From assembly GCF_020745735.1 (NCBI RefSeq), contig NC_083430.1, positions 39,484,909 to 39,548,908 of the forward strand: DNA of 64,000 nucleotides, written 5' to 3'. The position numbers and the translations under genes were made by a program. Of this stretch, positions 12,481 through 26,200 are shown in pieces (positions within the stretch are counted from its first letter, which is position 1; each line of letters opens with the position of its first letter). The notes below the pieces were generated by a model that did no database searches, was not told where the DNA came from, and was given only the letters and a program-made list of their open reading frames with translations. The DNA is from Hemiscyllium ocellatum (lineage: Eukaryota).

Positions 12481-12629
12481 ATAAATCACTGAAAAGGGTT
12501 AATGTTGTTTTAAGTTTACATAATAGCTTTTTGGTCGATCCCATTTTTTATCCTGCATTTCAAGTTAAATGGAAAGGAATTATTTCCTCTGGACAGTCTA
12601 GAGCATGTAAAAAATCTTAAACTATATAT

Positions 12630-12835
12630 CAAACAGAAAATAGTCTGGTCTGATAAATATATTCCTCTCTTCACAGATGCTAACATTGCAAGTTAATGTC
12701 TTGTTCTGATGAAAGGATATTGACCTGAAATGTTACTCCTTTCCTCTCTCCACAGATGTCACCAGCCTTCCTGAATATTTGTCACTTCATTTTTATTTCA
12801 GATTTCTAGCACTCAACTTATTTTACTTTTGCTTA
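12630..12835. mobile_element. Old PLE-derived fragment
   Basis: TTCTGATGAAAGG...CCTGAAATGTT at about 12704-12734 followed by the ctctctccacagatg...ttcagatttctagc terminus shared with other PLE fold-backs here. Confidence 0.55.
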
Positions 12836-13931
12836 AAACTAAAATTCAGGTGAGGTCAGGAGGCACGTTTCACACTTAGCATAATGGAAACCTCGCAGTC
12901 TCCCCTCCAAAATGCTGTTGAAGTTTGAGGTCATTTGAAAATTTAAAAACAGGGGTTGATACTATTATGGTTGGTAATAGAGTACCAAATCAGCCATGAT
13001 TTAATTGAATGGCAGAGCAGGCTAGAGGGGCTGAATGGCTTTCTCACGCTGCAGAGTGGCATAAGTACCTCCAATTTATAATTAACCATTATAATGCATT
13101 GGGTTTGTGAGGAAGAAATCCAGGTAAAGAGACAAGGGAAATGGGAAGTTCTAGCTTTTTGGGTATTCCGAATAAAGAGGCTTTTGCTACCAATCAAATC
13201 CCGATGCAACTCAGTGAATGGCCAGTGCTGATGGCAATGAGGGGTGGCTGTGGGAGAGCACCTAGTTTGGGGATTGGGGTTGTTACTTATGTGAGATGAA
13301 ATGCAGTGAGGTGGAAGGGTGCAGAGGAGTGGTGGATGAATTTGGGTGGAAAGTAGTGTCTGCAATGGCACCACATGCTCTCAGCAGCATTGAAATGTGG
13401 CCAGCTGGTAAACTGACTCTCAGTTGCAACTTCAAGGTCCATAAGTGAATTTTCTGAAGCTCAGGAATACCTAGACTGATCTGTAGCAAAAGCTCTCTTT
13501 TTCTATATGAGCATCTTAGCTTTTTTAGCTGACATTGGGACCATGACATGCAGATTGCTACTGTGTGACCCTAAATGCAGCAACTGGCTAACTTTTTAAT
13601 CTGACAGTTAACTGAAATGGTTACCTGAAACTCAGTCCCTTTCTTTCATTTCTCACTAAATAATGGATGAAATGATGTTGGATTTTACAGCTCCACTTTT
13701 TTATGTCTTTGCTGCATGTCTGAATCAGCTGTTTATATTGCCTCATTACATGTGAGGCATTGCCATGAGGACAGCCCAGTAAATCCTGACAGATGCCTGT
13801 GAAATTTACAGTATTAGGGAACCCAGCAGCTGTGTCTGGGGCCCACATCCAGGAGCTATTCCCATGCTTCTGCTCACAGTGAGTCTGAGGTATGCCATGA
13901 TGCGAATACTAATTTTGCATTTTTTATTTAG

Positions 13932-14018
13932 AAAAAGGAGCATAAGAAACTGGAAACTGAAGGAGATGAAATCACAATCAATGGGGTCAAGAATTCAGAA
14001 AAACCCGAAACAAAACAG
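13932..14018 (+). CDS. NUDC: NUDC exon 4, variable linker (KKEHKKLETEGDEITINGVKNSEKPETKQ)
   Basis: Acceptor ttttttatttag, donor CAG|GTATTG, 87 nt, phase 0/0. Keeps the frame between exons 3 and 5. Protein sequence is poorly conserved, so the call rests mainly on splice signals. Confidence 0.85.
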
Positions 14019-14859
14019 GTATTGTGCAGTTGACTCAGTGTGGAGAATGGGGGAGGAAATTTGTTTGATGGGTTTTGGCAAGTGAGGCAGTGTTGTATTT
14101 GAAGTTCTGTGCTAATGTCTCTATCTCCTGAGATCTTTTCTCCCTGTTGTGCCACCTTGTCTGTTAAATTCTTGCCAATCTTCAGTGCTTCACCCATCTG
14201 GTTTTAATTGTGATTTTCAGGTAGCAACTACAAAGTGCATCAGTATTTACAGCATAAGTTACTGAATATGTTGTATGATTCAATTCAAGGGTCAATATTT
14301 GCAGTACTTTATGGATTAGGTTGAGCAGGGATGATGTAAATGACATTGAAAGGACATGGGGGTGGTGCCAGGATGGGTAAATGTGGTTCTGACTATTTGC
14401 CTGCGAGGGCTTGTTTCCAAATATTGATATATTCCACTTACTCCTATTTATAACTTTGTAAAATGTTTTGTAAAATTAAACTCTCTCACAGCATCCTTCA
14501 CACACTACTGACTGAGAGCACTTATAAACTGTCCATCAAACTTCGCCACCCTATGCCTTGAACTTAATTTTATCTTAAATTTAAAAAAATGTTTCTCATT
14601 CCATCATTTTATCTGGTTAAAGCTTGCAATTTCAATGGTGTGGAGTCTTGACAATCAGATCTGTTATGAAGTCCCTGCACATGACTGCAGTAGTCACTCG
14701 TGACCATACATGATAAAAGTTGTCATTGTTCTGTTTGTCTAATAACCGTGCACATAGTTGTAAAATATCTCTCCTATATTGTGAGAAACATAGTTTATGC
14801 TGCTGCATAGATATGTCCAGTCTTCTGATACTCTTATGTGACCCTTCTTGTTCCTGTAG

Positions 14860-14979
14860 GCAGAATCTGAATCTGAAGGTGAAGAGGATGAGAAGGATAA
14901 AGGGAAGCTGAAGCCCAATGCTGGAAATGGTGCTGATCTGCCAAACTATCGGTGGACCCAGACCCTGTCTGAGGTGGAT
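14860..14979 (+). CDS. NUDC: NUDC exon 5 ([40 protein letters not shown])
   Basis: Hallmark [22 protein letters not shown] motif at the start of the CS/p23 domain. Acceptor cctgtag, donor GTAAGT, 120 nt. Confidence 0.96.
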
Positions 14980-16343
14980 GTAAGTGTCACTTCTGGAACA
15001 CATTTCATCTCAGTGCTCACAGGCCCAGGCTGAAGCAAGAAATAATGCGACAAATATAGAGACAGCAGAGGGGATCTTTATGGTAAAATGCAAATTGGGG
15101 ATTTTCATAGTGAGAATATGAAGATTAATTTTAGTGGTGCATTTGGCACTTGATTATAAACAGGGGAAAAAGTACATACTTGGAGGAAATCTCTAGAATA
15201 CATTTTATATTTAGCATGTTACTTGTATATTGAATGTCTAATATGATTAAATTTTGGCACTTGAAAATTAGCATGACCACTGATGCCAGCAAAAACAATC
15301 AAAGCTGCAATAAAATACTAAAGCAAAATTCATTATGTAATTATCAAAATTCATTGGGATCAACATATAATAAAGGGCAGTTAGAGGTGGGAAATAAATG
15401 CTAATGGCACTCGTGTCCCATGAACAAATTTTTAAAAGGTTGTATAAATAGGACAATCTGAGCTTAAAGTACTTTTTAAAAAAAGTACTCATTTAGATTT
15501 CAGCTAAGCTCTACATTCCCTGGCATCAGAAGACTCTGAAGCCCCATCTTCCTACCACTCCACACAAGTCTAACCAGCCTTTTTCCTTCCAGCACATACA
15601 TGCATACACACGTCCAACTTTCTAACCCTCATTCCTATACCCCCTCACATAAACTAGCCCTTCTTCCTACCCTTCTCCCACTCAGCCCTTTTTCTAACCC
15701 TCTCCACTAGCCCCCAGTCACCCCTCTTTTTTTCTCTCTTTTGCTATAGTGCCAGTGACTTTGAAGCAGAGCTATTATCCTTGGATAAGTACTTACAGGT
15801 GGGAGCAGAAATGTAGTACAATTTGAGGTAGCTGTTCACCTTAGCTAGACAATGGCCTCCTAGATTTTCCTGCTTTCACGTACACTTGTCAGCCTCCATT
15901 TTGGTGGATACCTCGGGACCCATTCAAAAACTCATCAGTAATTGATTTTCTAATGTTCAAAGGAGATTTGGGCTCACCATCTGTCCCTTGCTATTTGCCA
16001 ACATAAATCTGTTGGGTCCAGGGCTGTCCTGCCAGAGCATCCAGATTGGAAGTCTCTGTTCCAAAGTTGTTTTTGTGGCCTTGGAGAAAGGGCATTTTGT
16101 AATGCCAAAGTTATGGCCTTTGCAGCCCCGTAGAGGGTCATGAGCCATAGTTTGGGAAACCCTACATTAAAAAATTGTGATACAATAAATACTGCTATTA
16201 CCATGGAAGATATTAAGTAGGAATGGATGGATTTCAGATGGAATGTAGATCTTGGTAACGTTGTGTTAGATGGTTGGATTGAATAATTCTCACCATGGCT
16301 AAATAACCATTTTTATTATTCTTTGGTTGTTTCTTGCTCCCAG

Positions 16344-16538
16344 CTCCTGGTTCCCTTCCAGGTCAATTTCAGATTGAAGAGTCGGGATCTCATTGTAGAG
16401 ATCCAAAAACGTCACTTGAAAGTGGGTCTGAAAGGCCATCCTCCTGTGATAGATGGTGAGATGTTCAATGACGTGAAGGTAGAGGAAAGTTCATGGCTGC
16501 TGGAGGATGGAAAAAGCATTAGTGTACATCTGGAGAAG
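16344..16538 (+). CDS. NUDC: NUDC exon 6, CS (p23-like) domain
   Basis: Translates as [65 protein letters not shown]. 195 nt, acceptor ctcccag, donor GTGAGC. Confidence 0.96.
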
Positions 16539-16811
16539 GTGAGCTGGTATTGACATGGTGGGTAAAATGAAACCCTCTTTGGAGATTTCTTAATTTATTC
16601 CATAGCTCAGGACTTGGACAAAGTGGTCCGATCGTAGAGAGGAGAGTATACAAGAATAGAGTTGTATAGGATCTCCAGTCTGGGTGAAGTTTACATAGGG
16701 CTGTGGCATGAGTTAAACTGGGATTCTTTTTCTATGCAGATGGTTATTCTGGATTTCCCAGTCTGTGGGTGAGGAGTGCACTGGGCTGAGGATGAGAGTC
16801 AATAAAATGGG

Positions 16812-16945
16812 AAGCTGGAAAGCGACAGCATTGGAGGAGGAGGAAAGTCGACCCTTCATCAGAGCTCCTCCACTGTCTTATCTGCTGTGCCTTTTCAGCT
16901 CCATATTTTATAGATTCTCACTACCAGTTTCTGCAGTTTTTACGA
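16812..16945. mobile_element. PLE-derived short fold-back fragment in NUDC intron 6
   Basis: ctggaaa...gtcgacccttcatcag...ctgctgtgccttttcagc...tctgcagtttt resembles the elements at 5481 and 52872. Confidence 0.5.
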
Positions 16946-17136
16946 TCTCCAGAGCTGTGGGTGGGGGTTGGCTTGGAATTCCTAGTCTGAAGGTGACAGT
17001 TAACTGTCTACCTATGGATTACAATGTTATGAGGAGCTTTAATGCCCACAGGATTTGTAGAGAACTCCAATTGTATTCAAGCTGTATTTCTTTGTGAACT
17101 GTGTCAGGATATTAGGATTTTTGTTTCTAATTTCAG

Positions 17137-17220
17137 ATCAATAAAATGGAATGGTGGAACAAAGTAGTAACAACAGATCCTGAGCTAAATACCAAAAAAA
17201 TTAACCCTGAGAATTCAAAG
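17137..17220 (+). CDS. NUDC: NUDC exon 7 ([28 protein letters not shown])
   Basis: Conserved INKMEWW and INPENSK motifs. 84 nt, acceptor tttcag, donor GTGAGT. Confidence 0.96.
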
Positions 17221-18014
17221 GTGAGTATTTTTAATTTCCACACTCTAGTTTCTAGTCATATGGTGACAGAAATGTCTGTTGGGCAGATGCATTGACTTTA
17301 AAGGGTTTTGTCACTATGCAGGTTTTCTGTAATATAAAAGTTGCAAGTCCCAAGACTTTGCATTTGGACTTAGTTGCACTGAATCAAAGAGAAAAAGATC
17401 ACAATGTGAATAGCTAAATGCACCATTTGGGATGAATTGCTTGCTGGATTTTAGAGACATAGTCACTGTTTCCACTTGCCCATGAAATTCAGATATACAA
17501 AATGAGACCTCCATTATCAAAAACTTTAACTCAGTCAGTCACATTGTAATTCAAATTGTAGCCTGACAACTACAAGCATGATCAATTCTATTTACAACAA
17601 CTTGCCATTCCCAAAACTCTTCAGAGGCACCACCTTTGTCCAATTTCATTCTGACCTGTCCATTGCAGGTAGTGTACCTTTGCCTCTTCATATTCACTTA
17701 GACTATTCTTATCTTTGGTTTGATCACTATCCCTCATAGGCACTTAGCTTCCTGGGTCACTGTTGTCACGTCCAAGACTACCTGACCCTATGGATTTTGA
17801 CAGTCTGTGTACTTTTAGAATGTTTGCCAGTCATTCTGCACTAAGGTCCCTCACCTGCCAACCTTTCTTGAATTCACAGTCAGCTGGGTTTCTCACACAA
17901 TACTAGTTCTACCCATGTGTTTAGTTCCCTCCAGGCCCTCTCCATCCTCTCCAGCTCTGTTCCTCTTTCACATCTTCCAGTACACTGTCAACCCACCATT
18001 AATAGTATGCCATC

Positions 18015-18243
18015 AGGGATTAGTTAGCTCAGATAGCTGGACAGCTGGTGTGTAAAGCAGAGCGATACCAACAGCATAGGTTGAAGTTTTATATTGGCTG
18101 GGGACACAAAGGTTCCAGTTTCTCGACCCTGCCTTCGCCTGAAGCATTGGTGACCCTCTGGGTAAGCCACAGCAGTCGTCGTCTCTCTCTTGAGAGCAGC
18201 CTTATGATATTCTGGGACAGTGGTGACTTTACCTTTACCTTTA
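18015..18243 (+). mobile_element. tRNA-derived SINE-like element with (TTTACC)n tail
   Basis: A-box-like TAGCTCAGATAG at the 5' end; tail gtgactttacctttacctt. Confidence 0.5.
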
Positions 18244-18965
18244 GTAGTGTGCTGTCAACCACCTGGAATTCTCTCTTTGAAAAATAACCCTAGTCCTTGA
18301 CACCAGCATATAATAACCAAAGTCCTAAATCATATTGTGGTCACCTCTGCACTCTATTTACATACAACCCTGCCAACACCTCTATTTCTGATCATACTAT
18401 ATCCAGTAAATCATATTTTCTCTTTACCTCTATTCTTCGTTGATCTGCTGTTACTACTTGTCCACCAAAAAATGAAGTTTAAAATTTTTGCCCTTATTCT
18501 TAAAATCTTTCAGTGTCCTTTATTCAATCTTATTTCTGGAATCTGTCCAGCTTTGTCTCCTCCTAAAGCATTCTGATCCTCTAACTGGCCTATAGAACAT
18601 TTCATCTCCTTCTTTATTCTACTATACAGAACTTAAAACCAGATTACTTCCTTTCTGGAAATCCAAATTTTGCACCTTTTCAAACAATTAATGTTGCAAT
18701 TCAGGTTACAGCAAGTGGGGTTCTAAAGCGTTAAACACTGAATCTTGTCTGATTACATACTGTAATATTTTAAACAGCTGTTTAGCCTTCTTTGCTAATT
18801 TGCAATCAGATAATTTGATTTATTTCCACAGCCTGAGAACCTTTGATCTTCCAATTTATTTTTTGTTTTGAAACCCAATTATTGTAAACCTATCCAGTTC
18901 TATCTGAGTGCAACTCGACATTGCTGAATCCAACTTGTAAAAGCAGCTGCTGTTTGTACCCATAG

Positions 18966-19085
<120 letters not shown>

Positions 19086-19893
19086 TAAGCCCTCCATTCC
19101 GGCATTGATCAGTTATATTTGTATTAGCTGACATAACCATCTGTAACACATTATATTTAGGTCTTTTACTGCTTCTCCTAGCAATTACCAGATTGTAACT
19201 GAGGGAGATGTGAAATGTGTTTTGCTGCTACTATATTCATTGTTGTCCTTGTGCACGGTTGTTCTGATAATCTCTTCGTATTTTGGGGTAGGGCAACTTT
19301 GGTAGAAATGGAGAGATTATGGGAGAACAGTGACTGGACTCTTCAAGTTGAAGTAAACAAACAGGATGACTTGTGTTTGTTGGGTAGGGGCTTAACTGGG
19401 TTGGGAGGAGAGTATCCAAAGAGTAGGGGTTTAAGAATGAGAGCTCATGCCATGTATGTGTCTTCCAATGTCCTGTGCTGTTTGCGAGATTAGTACAAAT
19501 AGTTAAAACAGTTTTCTGAGCATGGTGAACATTGTCATTTGCGCTTACAATAGTGAATTATCTTGAGAAATTATGGAGCACTATAACTGGAGTTTAGGAG
19601 GGAAGTGTAGCCCTGACAGTAAGACAGTTCAAGGAAATAAAGGTGTTGACTTGAGTATATGTGCATTGATGTCCTAGCATCATCTATGTATATCATTATT
19701 ATGTTGTAATTTGGTATTGTGTATGGGATGTGATCGTGTACGGAAGTTGACTGAACTGCATTAGTGTGAAACTTGAGCAGTAGTGTTAGTTTGAGAGAGA
19801 TGAGCTGATTCATATTGAAGTCTTATGTGAGAACACCTGGATTGTGAAGTAGCAGATTTTGACTTATCTCCTCCCTGAAAAATCTTCTGTTTC

Positions 19894-20630
19894 TTCAGAC
19901 TGGAGGCCTGTGACCAGTGGAGTGCCACAAGGATTAGTGTGGGTCCTCTACTTTTTGTCATTTACATAAATGATTTGGATGTTAGCATAAGAGATATAGT
20001 TAGTAAGTTTGCAGATGACCCCAAAATTGGAGGTGTAGTGGACAGTAAAGAAGGTTATCTCAAATTACAACAGGATCTTGATCGGACGGGCCAATGAGCT
20101 GAATGGCAGATGGCGTTTAGATAAATGCGCGGTGTGCATTTTGGGAAAGCAAATCTTAGCAGGACTCTATACATTTAATGGTATGGTCCTAGGAAGTGCT
20201 GCTGAACTAAGAGACCTCGGAGTGCAGGTTCATAGTTCCTTGAAAGTGGAGTCACAGGTAGATAGGATAGTGAAGAAGGTGTTTGGTATGCTTCCCTTTA
20301 TTGGTCAGAGTATTGAGTACAGGAGTTGGGAAGTCATGTTGCAGCTGTACAAGACATTGGTCCAGAACTAGAAGAAGGTGTGGCTTAAAGGTGTGAGGGG
20401 AAAGATACAAAAGAGATCTAAGGGGCAACTTTTTTTTATGTCGAAGGTTGTGGATGTATGGAATGAGCTGCCAGAGGAAGTGGTGGAGGCTGGTACAATT
20501 GCAATATTTAAAAGGCTTCTGTTTGGGTATATGAATAGGAAGGGTTTGGAGGGATATGGACTCGCTGTTGGCAAGTGGGGACTAGATTGGGTTGGGATAT
20601 CTGGTCAGCATGGACCTTTGGATCTCTGAC
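19894..20630 (+). mobile_element. 5'-truncated CR1 LINE with internal deletion near 20365
   Basis: SKFADD region, VESQVDRIVKK...WEVMLQLYKTLV and WNELPEEVVEAGT. Confidence 0.88.
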
Positions 20631-21775
20631 TATTTACTACCTCAGTCCTCATACATTGTAATATGTTACCCCCATCTTAAATTCACTCTAATGTTGTCTA
20701 ATAACTTCAACTCCCTCTGTGACCATGCCTCTTTTTTTTAAAACCCTTTTTCACCTGCTTTATATGCTACCTGAGTTCTGACCTCTTGTGCATCCCATAT
20801 GTTGTCACATCGCTATTGACAGTGATGTATTCAGTTGCCTTGGCCATTATCTCTGGAATTGCTTCCTTTAAAACTCCTTCCTCTCAGTTTCATTTCCAGA
20901 CGTCCTTAAAGTTTTTTTCTGTTTGTTTGGTCATCTGTCCTAACACAAATTTAGACACCAAGCAACAGAAGATTGAAATCAATGCCATGAAGTATGTTGG
21001 GTGTTTTTATAAAACAATGGCAATATTTATATGCAAATTGTTGTTATTCGCTTTTTTTTCCCTCTTCTGACCCCACTCCCCCCAAAAAAATCCAAAGGTG
21101 CTGCAAACTTAAAATATCCCCCAGCAGTCAAAACAGCACACTCCCTTGTTGAGTAAAGACACCTTGCTTGGCACTGACTGTAGGTCCTTCATCCTACCTT
21201 GAGTTAGAATGCCTGTCCTCCCACCTTACAAAACTCTGATATTAGTTCAGACTTGAATTGAATGGATGGGATTATGCAGCTGCACCTTTTTTATTGAAAT
21301 TGACAGTTCACTGATGATGGCTCCTGTGGATGTGACTTTTTCCCCCCGTCAAGTCGATACTCGAGTTGCATCACGTTACTTTTCAGGTTGGAGGCAAGAT
21401 TAGTGAATTAAAAATTAGTGCATTATTGAGCTATGACCTTTTTGGTCTGATGGTGGAGGTGAGGGAAATTGTTTTAACAGTGCAATTAATCCACCAATTC
21501 ACTCCTGAATCCTGTCTCTGGTCTTAGTAGTCCTAACTCTGAAAAATGTCACATAAGGATAGAAACCGTGATATCGAACATGTTAGAATCTGCATTTCTG
21601 GAGAAGGGAAATTAGGATTGAATATAGTTAATATCAAAACAAGTTCATACTGGAAATACTCATGTCAGGCGGTAGCTGTTGAGCAAGAGATAAAATATTC
21701 ATGTTTCAGGTTTGGCTTCTCCATTGGAGCATAAAGCAAAGAAACAACTACATTTAACAACTACAGATAAGACAC

Positions 21776-21886
21776 AATGACATCCATGTTCTTAGAATGA
21801 CATCCATGTTCTTAGAATGACATCCATGTTCTTAGAATGACATCCATGTTCTTAGAATGACATCCATGTTCTTAGAATGACATCCA
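21776..21886 (+). repeat. Perfect 20-bp tandem repeat (AATGACATCCATGTTCTTAG) x5.5
   Basis: Five identical units plus an 11-nt partial unit, read directly. Confidence 0.97.
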
Positions 21887-22005
21887 GAAAATCCCACCAA
21901 ACTGGATCAGGACAAATTTGTAAATAAAGAACTTAATTCCTGCTTCATGTCCCCAAGGCAGGCATTGTCATCGTAGCTACACCAGGCCTGAGAATTGCTT
22001 ACAAC

Positions 22006-22209
22006 AGATTAGATTAGATTAGATTTACAGTGTGGAAACAGGCCCTTCGGCCCAACAAGTCCACACCGACCCGCCGAAGCGCAACCCACCCATACCCCTA
22101 CATTTACCCCTTACCTAACACTATGGGCAATTTAGCATGGCCAATTCACCTGACCCGCACATCTTTGGACTGTGGGAGGAAACCGGAGCACCCGGAGGAA
22201 ACCCACGCA
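22006..22209 (-). mobile_element. 5'-truncated HE1-type V-SINE
   Basis: (AGATT)n tail, HER1-like 3' tail and part of the V-domain; nearly identical to 27152-27350. Confidence 0.88.
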
Positions 22210-22638
22210 TGATGAGTAACTTTGCAAAGTGCAGGCCCAAGGCTATCTGTGTCTGTGTTAGATATTTTATAATCATCTGTTCACAGATGTTATTACGTAC
22301 CTGGAAGAAGTGGGACTGGAACCCAGATGTTCCTACCTTTGGGCCGGATCATTAGCACCCTACCATCAGAGCACCTCCATTCCATTTGGATTTCATGAAC
22401 TGATAAACTCTAGACACCTTGCCATCGTTGCAGCATACACTGCCTCATGACAGTTGCAGACAATCTATATTTTGAGCTCTGCTTTGCAAAGTTACTTGGT
22501 TTCATAATGGGGTGAGCTAGAAATCACACTTGGTGGGATTAAGTGAGTGCCGAATCTGATAGTTCTTTACTTAGTATGTATTGTTGGTTCTTTGTAACAT
22601 GTAAACTAGATCTAATCTTCCTGTGCTACACTCCTCAG

Positions 22639-22690
22639 GTTCATGGAGCAACACCCAGAGATGGACTTCTCAAAGGCCAAATTCAGTTAA
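22639..22690 (+). CDS. NUDC: NUDC terminal coding exon (K-FMEQHPEMDFSKAKFS*)
   Basis: Acceptor ctcctcag, HPEMDFSKAKF motif, TAA at 22688-22690. Spliced CDS totals 1026 nt (341 aa). Confidence 0.96.
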
Positions 22691-23257
22691 AAATGCATCT
22701 TCCCTGGAGCTGGAGCGGATACCCAAACTGTTGGAAGATTTTTTGCAGGAAAGACTCCCTTTGAGCATCACCTCGAGCTGTGAAACCTGGTTTCTGAGCT
22801 TGTAAATCATTCAGGTTATTCATTGTGTGGAGAGCAAGTGTGAACCTGGCAGCTGCAGTGTAGTCACCATGCTGGCATCCATTAACAATGTCATTTTCTG
22901 GCTGATCTCACATAACTATCCAAGCACCTTCTGGTGATGTTGTAAACTTGATTACTTTTTAAAAATTGCCTTTTAAGTGTTCCTCCTGATTGCTACATAG
23001 CAACCGGGGGAGATGTGAAACATGTGTTGCTATCACCTCACTCATTTTGTCTCTCGTGTTGTTCTGATAATCTCTCTATGTACAGTTGGGGTCCTCGTTT
23101 CCTTTTCAGTGAGTTTAAGCAACGTCCTGCTAAACATTTTGTAAACAGATGTTACCTGGTATTTGCTCAATGGATTTGTTATTTTCCCCCTATTCTCCAC
23201 TAAGATCAATTAGACATTCTGTGCATCAGTCGCTCATTTTGACCAGCATGTTTTGCA

Positions 23258-23263
23258 AATAAA
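23258..23263 (+). terminator. NUDC: Probable NUDC polyadenylation signal AATAAA (an alternative lies at 23666-23671)
   Basis: First AATAAA I found after the stop, about 570 nt downstream, followed by T-rich sequence. Confidence 0.55.
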
Positions 23264-26200
23264 AATATTAGAAGCTTTCCCTTTCAATGAAACTTTTAAT
23301 GTGCACTGTGCAAAACTACCTGCCAATACTTGATGCAGGATGAGATTGCAATCCGATGTTTCTTGCCGGTTACTTAACAAATGCCTTGGCCCAGTCATGT
23401 CTATATTGCCACAGATGGGCTACTTTGTGTTAAGTTTTGAAGTCATCCAGTTGATTGAACTGCTATGCTGTGCCAGGTGAAGGCCAAATATTGTAAATAT
23501 CAGGGTCATTGCTCTCCATTTCCTTGTCTCAGTGTTTCCAGGTCAGTAACAGGGTGGCTAGATAAATTGTTGAGTGCAGTGCTGGCCCTCATGGGGCATG
23601 TTCTTTGTTTATTTTTAATTTGTTTGCATTGATGCACTTGGACATGATGCTGGAATTCATTTCTCAATAAAGTCAAGCCACCAGCTGTTGTCTTGCTGTG
23701 ATTCATTGTCCTTGTATTAAGCTACATTAACCTTGTTTGTTCAGTAGCAGGACAAGTTAAGGCATTATAAGTGTTAAAGGCACACTATAAAAAGGTCTGA
23801 CCATAACAGTTCTATATCTAGACCAAGAAGAAAGTGCCACATTGGCATTTCAATGTTTTACTTCTGTGGCCTGTATCTAGAGGTGAAGATTTTTCTAGTT
23901 TTTAGGAGGTTTATGTTTGTAATGGAACCAGGCTACAGCAGAGTTCTCAAATTGGGAAAGCTCAGTGGATGAAGGGATTCATACAATTGGGAAGAGTGGT
24001 TAAAAAGGAATCAAGGCCCTAATTCTAGCTCCCTTTATTTCACTGTGATCCACAGTCTGCCTTAATACAGGTGCAAGTTGTCCTTATAAGTTGGACAGGA
24101 GCTGCCCGGAAGGATCTTTACATAGGGTTGACCGATACAGGTACACACAGCTGGGAGTGAGTAGCAGACCTTGGGCAGTGATTGTCAAATCTGGCAAAAT
24201 TATCAGCACAGAATTCCAGTTTGTGTTGTAGTAACAATTGTTATGGATTAGCTACTGATTGTATCCTCTTCATGAGACTGAACCAAATTGATGACCTATT
24301 TGAACCCAACACAAGTTTCTGATCCAATCTGTTTTCCATCACCACCATTACATATCCTACCTCTGCATTATCACCTGTTTCTGCCTGGTCCAGTCAGCAT
24401 CCCATCTTCCTTTCATTGATCCAATCCCATCCAAAGCTCTTGTGCCTTTATCTGAACTTGCACCAGGTCACATTTATTTGTTACCTCTATGTTCAGTAAT
24501 TTACACTGGATTCCAGTTCAGTAACTTCTTAATTTTAAGAATTCTCAAATCCAAAGTCTCCCTCTCCCTTTTGAAATATTCTTTAAAACATATTCTTTAT
24601 CTATCTTTATACCTGTATTTGGTACTACATTTCATGTTGTGAACTACTTCAGGATATTTTACAGTTGAACCTGATAAATAAATTTAAGTTGGTGAAATAT
24701 AAGTGAACTCTCTAACCTGTTAGTTGTCTATGACAAACATTGAATATTTCCAATACTTTTTTTTTGTATTTCTAACTTTGTTTTAACTTAAAATTTAAAC
24801 TGTGAATTCAGATGCTTCACGATAAGTATTGGCAAGTGGAGCAGAGTTCAGAAACTCCACCATTGCTACTGGATCCAAGTCCACTGGTCACAGACTATGG
24901 TTGCTGTTCTTTGTACTATGACTTGTCAGGGCCATGGGTCTTTCCTGTCAACCTCACACTCCGATCGTGGGTCTTTACAGTCAAACCCATCATTCATTGG
25001 AGGTGCACTGATGCTGTTACCTAGTAAGGTGACAAGATATCTGCAAACAAATTTAATAGCTGAACAAGCAAGTCAACAACCTGAACTACAAACCTTAAGG
25101 TCATCTTCCAATGTTGAGCCATTTTATCCTGCTTTTCATCTTAACTAAATTGTGAACCTACCGCCACAACAGAATGTTTGAGGTTTACTCAGCTCGGACA
25201 TTCCTTAGCTTAGCCATTGCTGGAACAGCAGCAATGATAATGTGATGGTGATGTTTACTGAAGAGGGGCAGGATGACAGTTAGCGCAGTTATGTTTTTCA
25301 GTTGATGGGCTATGCAGAAAGTAAGGCTTTGAGATTAATTATAGGGCAATTGAAGAGAGTAAAATTTGGATAGTTTGGAAATGATATAAACTATGAGGAG
25401 AGGGTGGGTTACTGCAGTTAGTGTGGGAATGATTATAGAGCTGTCGGAAAAGGGTATGGTGCCAGGATCAGTTTAGATTGGACAGGAGCTGCCTGGAAGG
25501 ATCCTGGGCAAAGACCATTGATTGTTACAGGTTTACACACTGTTGGGAGTGAGTAGCAGATCTTGAGTAGCAGTTGAAAAATCCACCTTACGACTCTGAA
25601 AATGGGAACAAGGAGCAATGGAAAAATTATGAAAATACTTTACTGATGCTGCAAACCCATGAAATGTCAATGCAAGAATCCACCTACTGCTCTCCAATTC
25701 CAACACTATCAGCCTAGTTTGCAACTGCATGAAACACATCACTGGGAGTTAGACCATGTTTCTCTGCCATCTAACCTGGAAAGAAAATGGTCTGAGAACT
25801 AGCTCCCTTGTGACGCTTCATCCAGATATAGTAATCTCAGTTGAATTTTTAAACATGTAGCATTATAGCACTACCCTAGCTCAGGTTAGATAACTGCAGG
25901 TTATGGCTTAATGCAAGAAATCATAGTCTATGCAACACATACCACATGAAGTGGAATTGTTAGTTATTAACACTGAGCAAAATCAAGGTTGATTAACCAA
26001 AACTTTTCCAGACAAGATCCCATTTATTTGAGAAGCTGAAGCCGATGGACAAGTGAGGCCAACTTAAAAACAACATCTTAATTGCACTCTTATTTCTAAT
26101 TGATTTGCTGGTTTCTGAATTCCCAACTCAAGTTCATATAAAATATTGCTGTCCAATAACATTTTGTCCAGTTAGCTATTTATTGGAGCCTATTTTTATA

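Noticed and set aside
13160-13870. Possible transposase or hidden exon in NUDC intron 3
   Set aside because: No consistent motif or splice-compatible frame could be supported.
14857-14863. Tandem acceptor TAG-GCAG at NUDC exon 5
   Set aside because: The second AG is 4 nt downstream and would frameshift the CS domain; there is no evidence it is used.
21776-21886. CRISPR-like array
   Set aside because: The repeats are contiguous with no unique spacers and the context is eukaryotic. It is a simple minisatellite.
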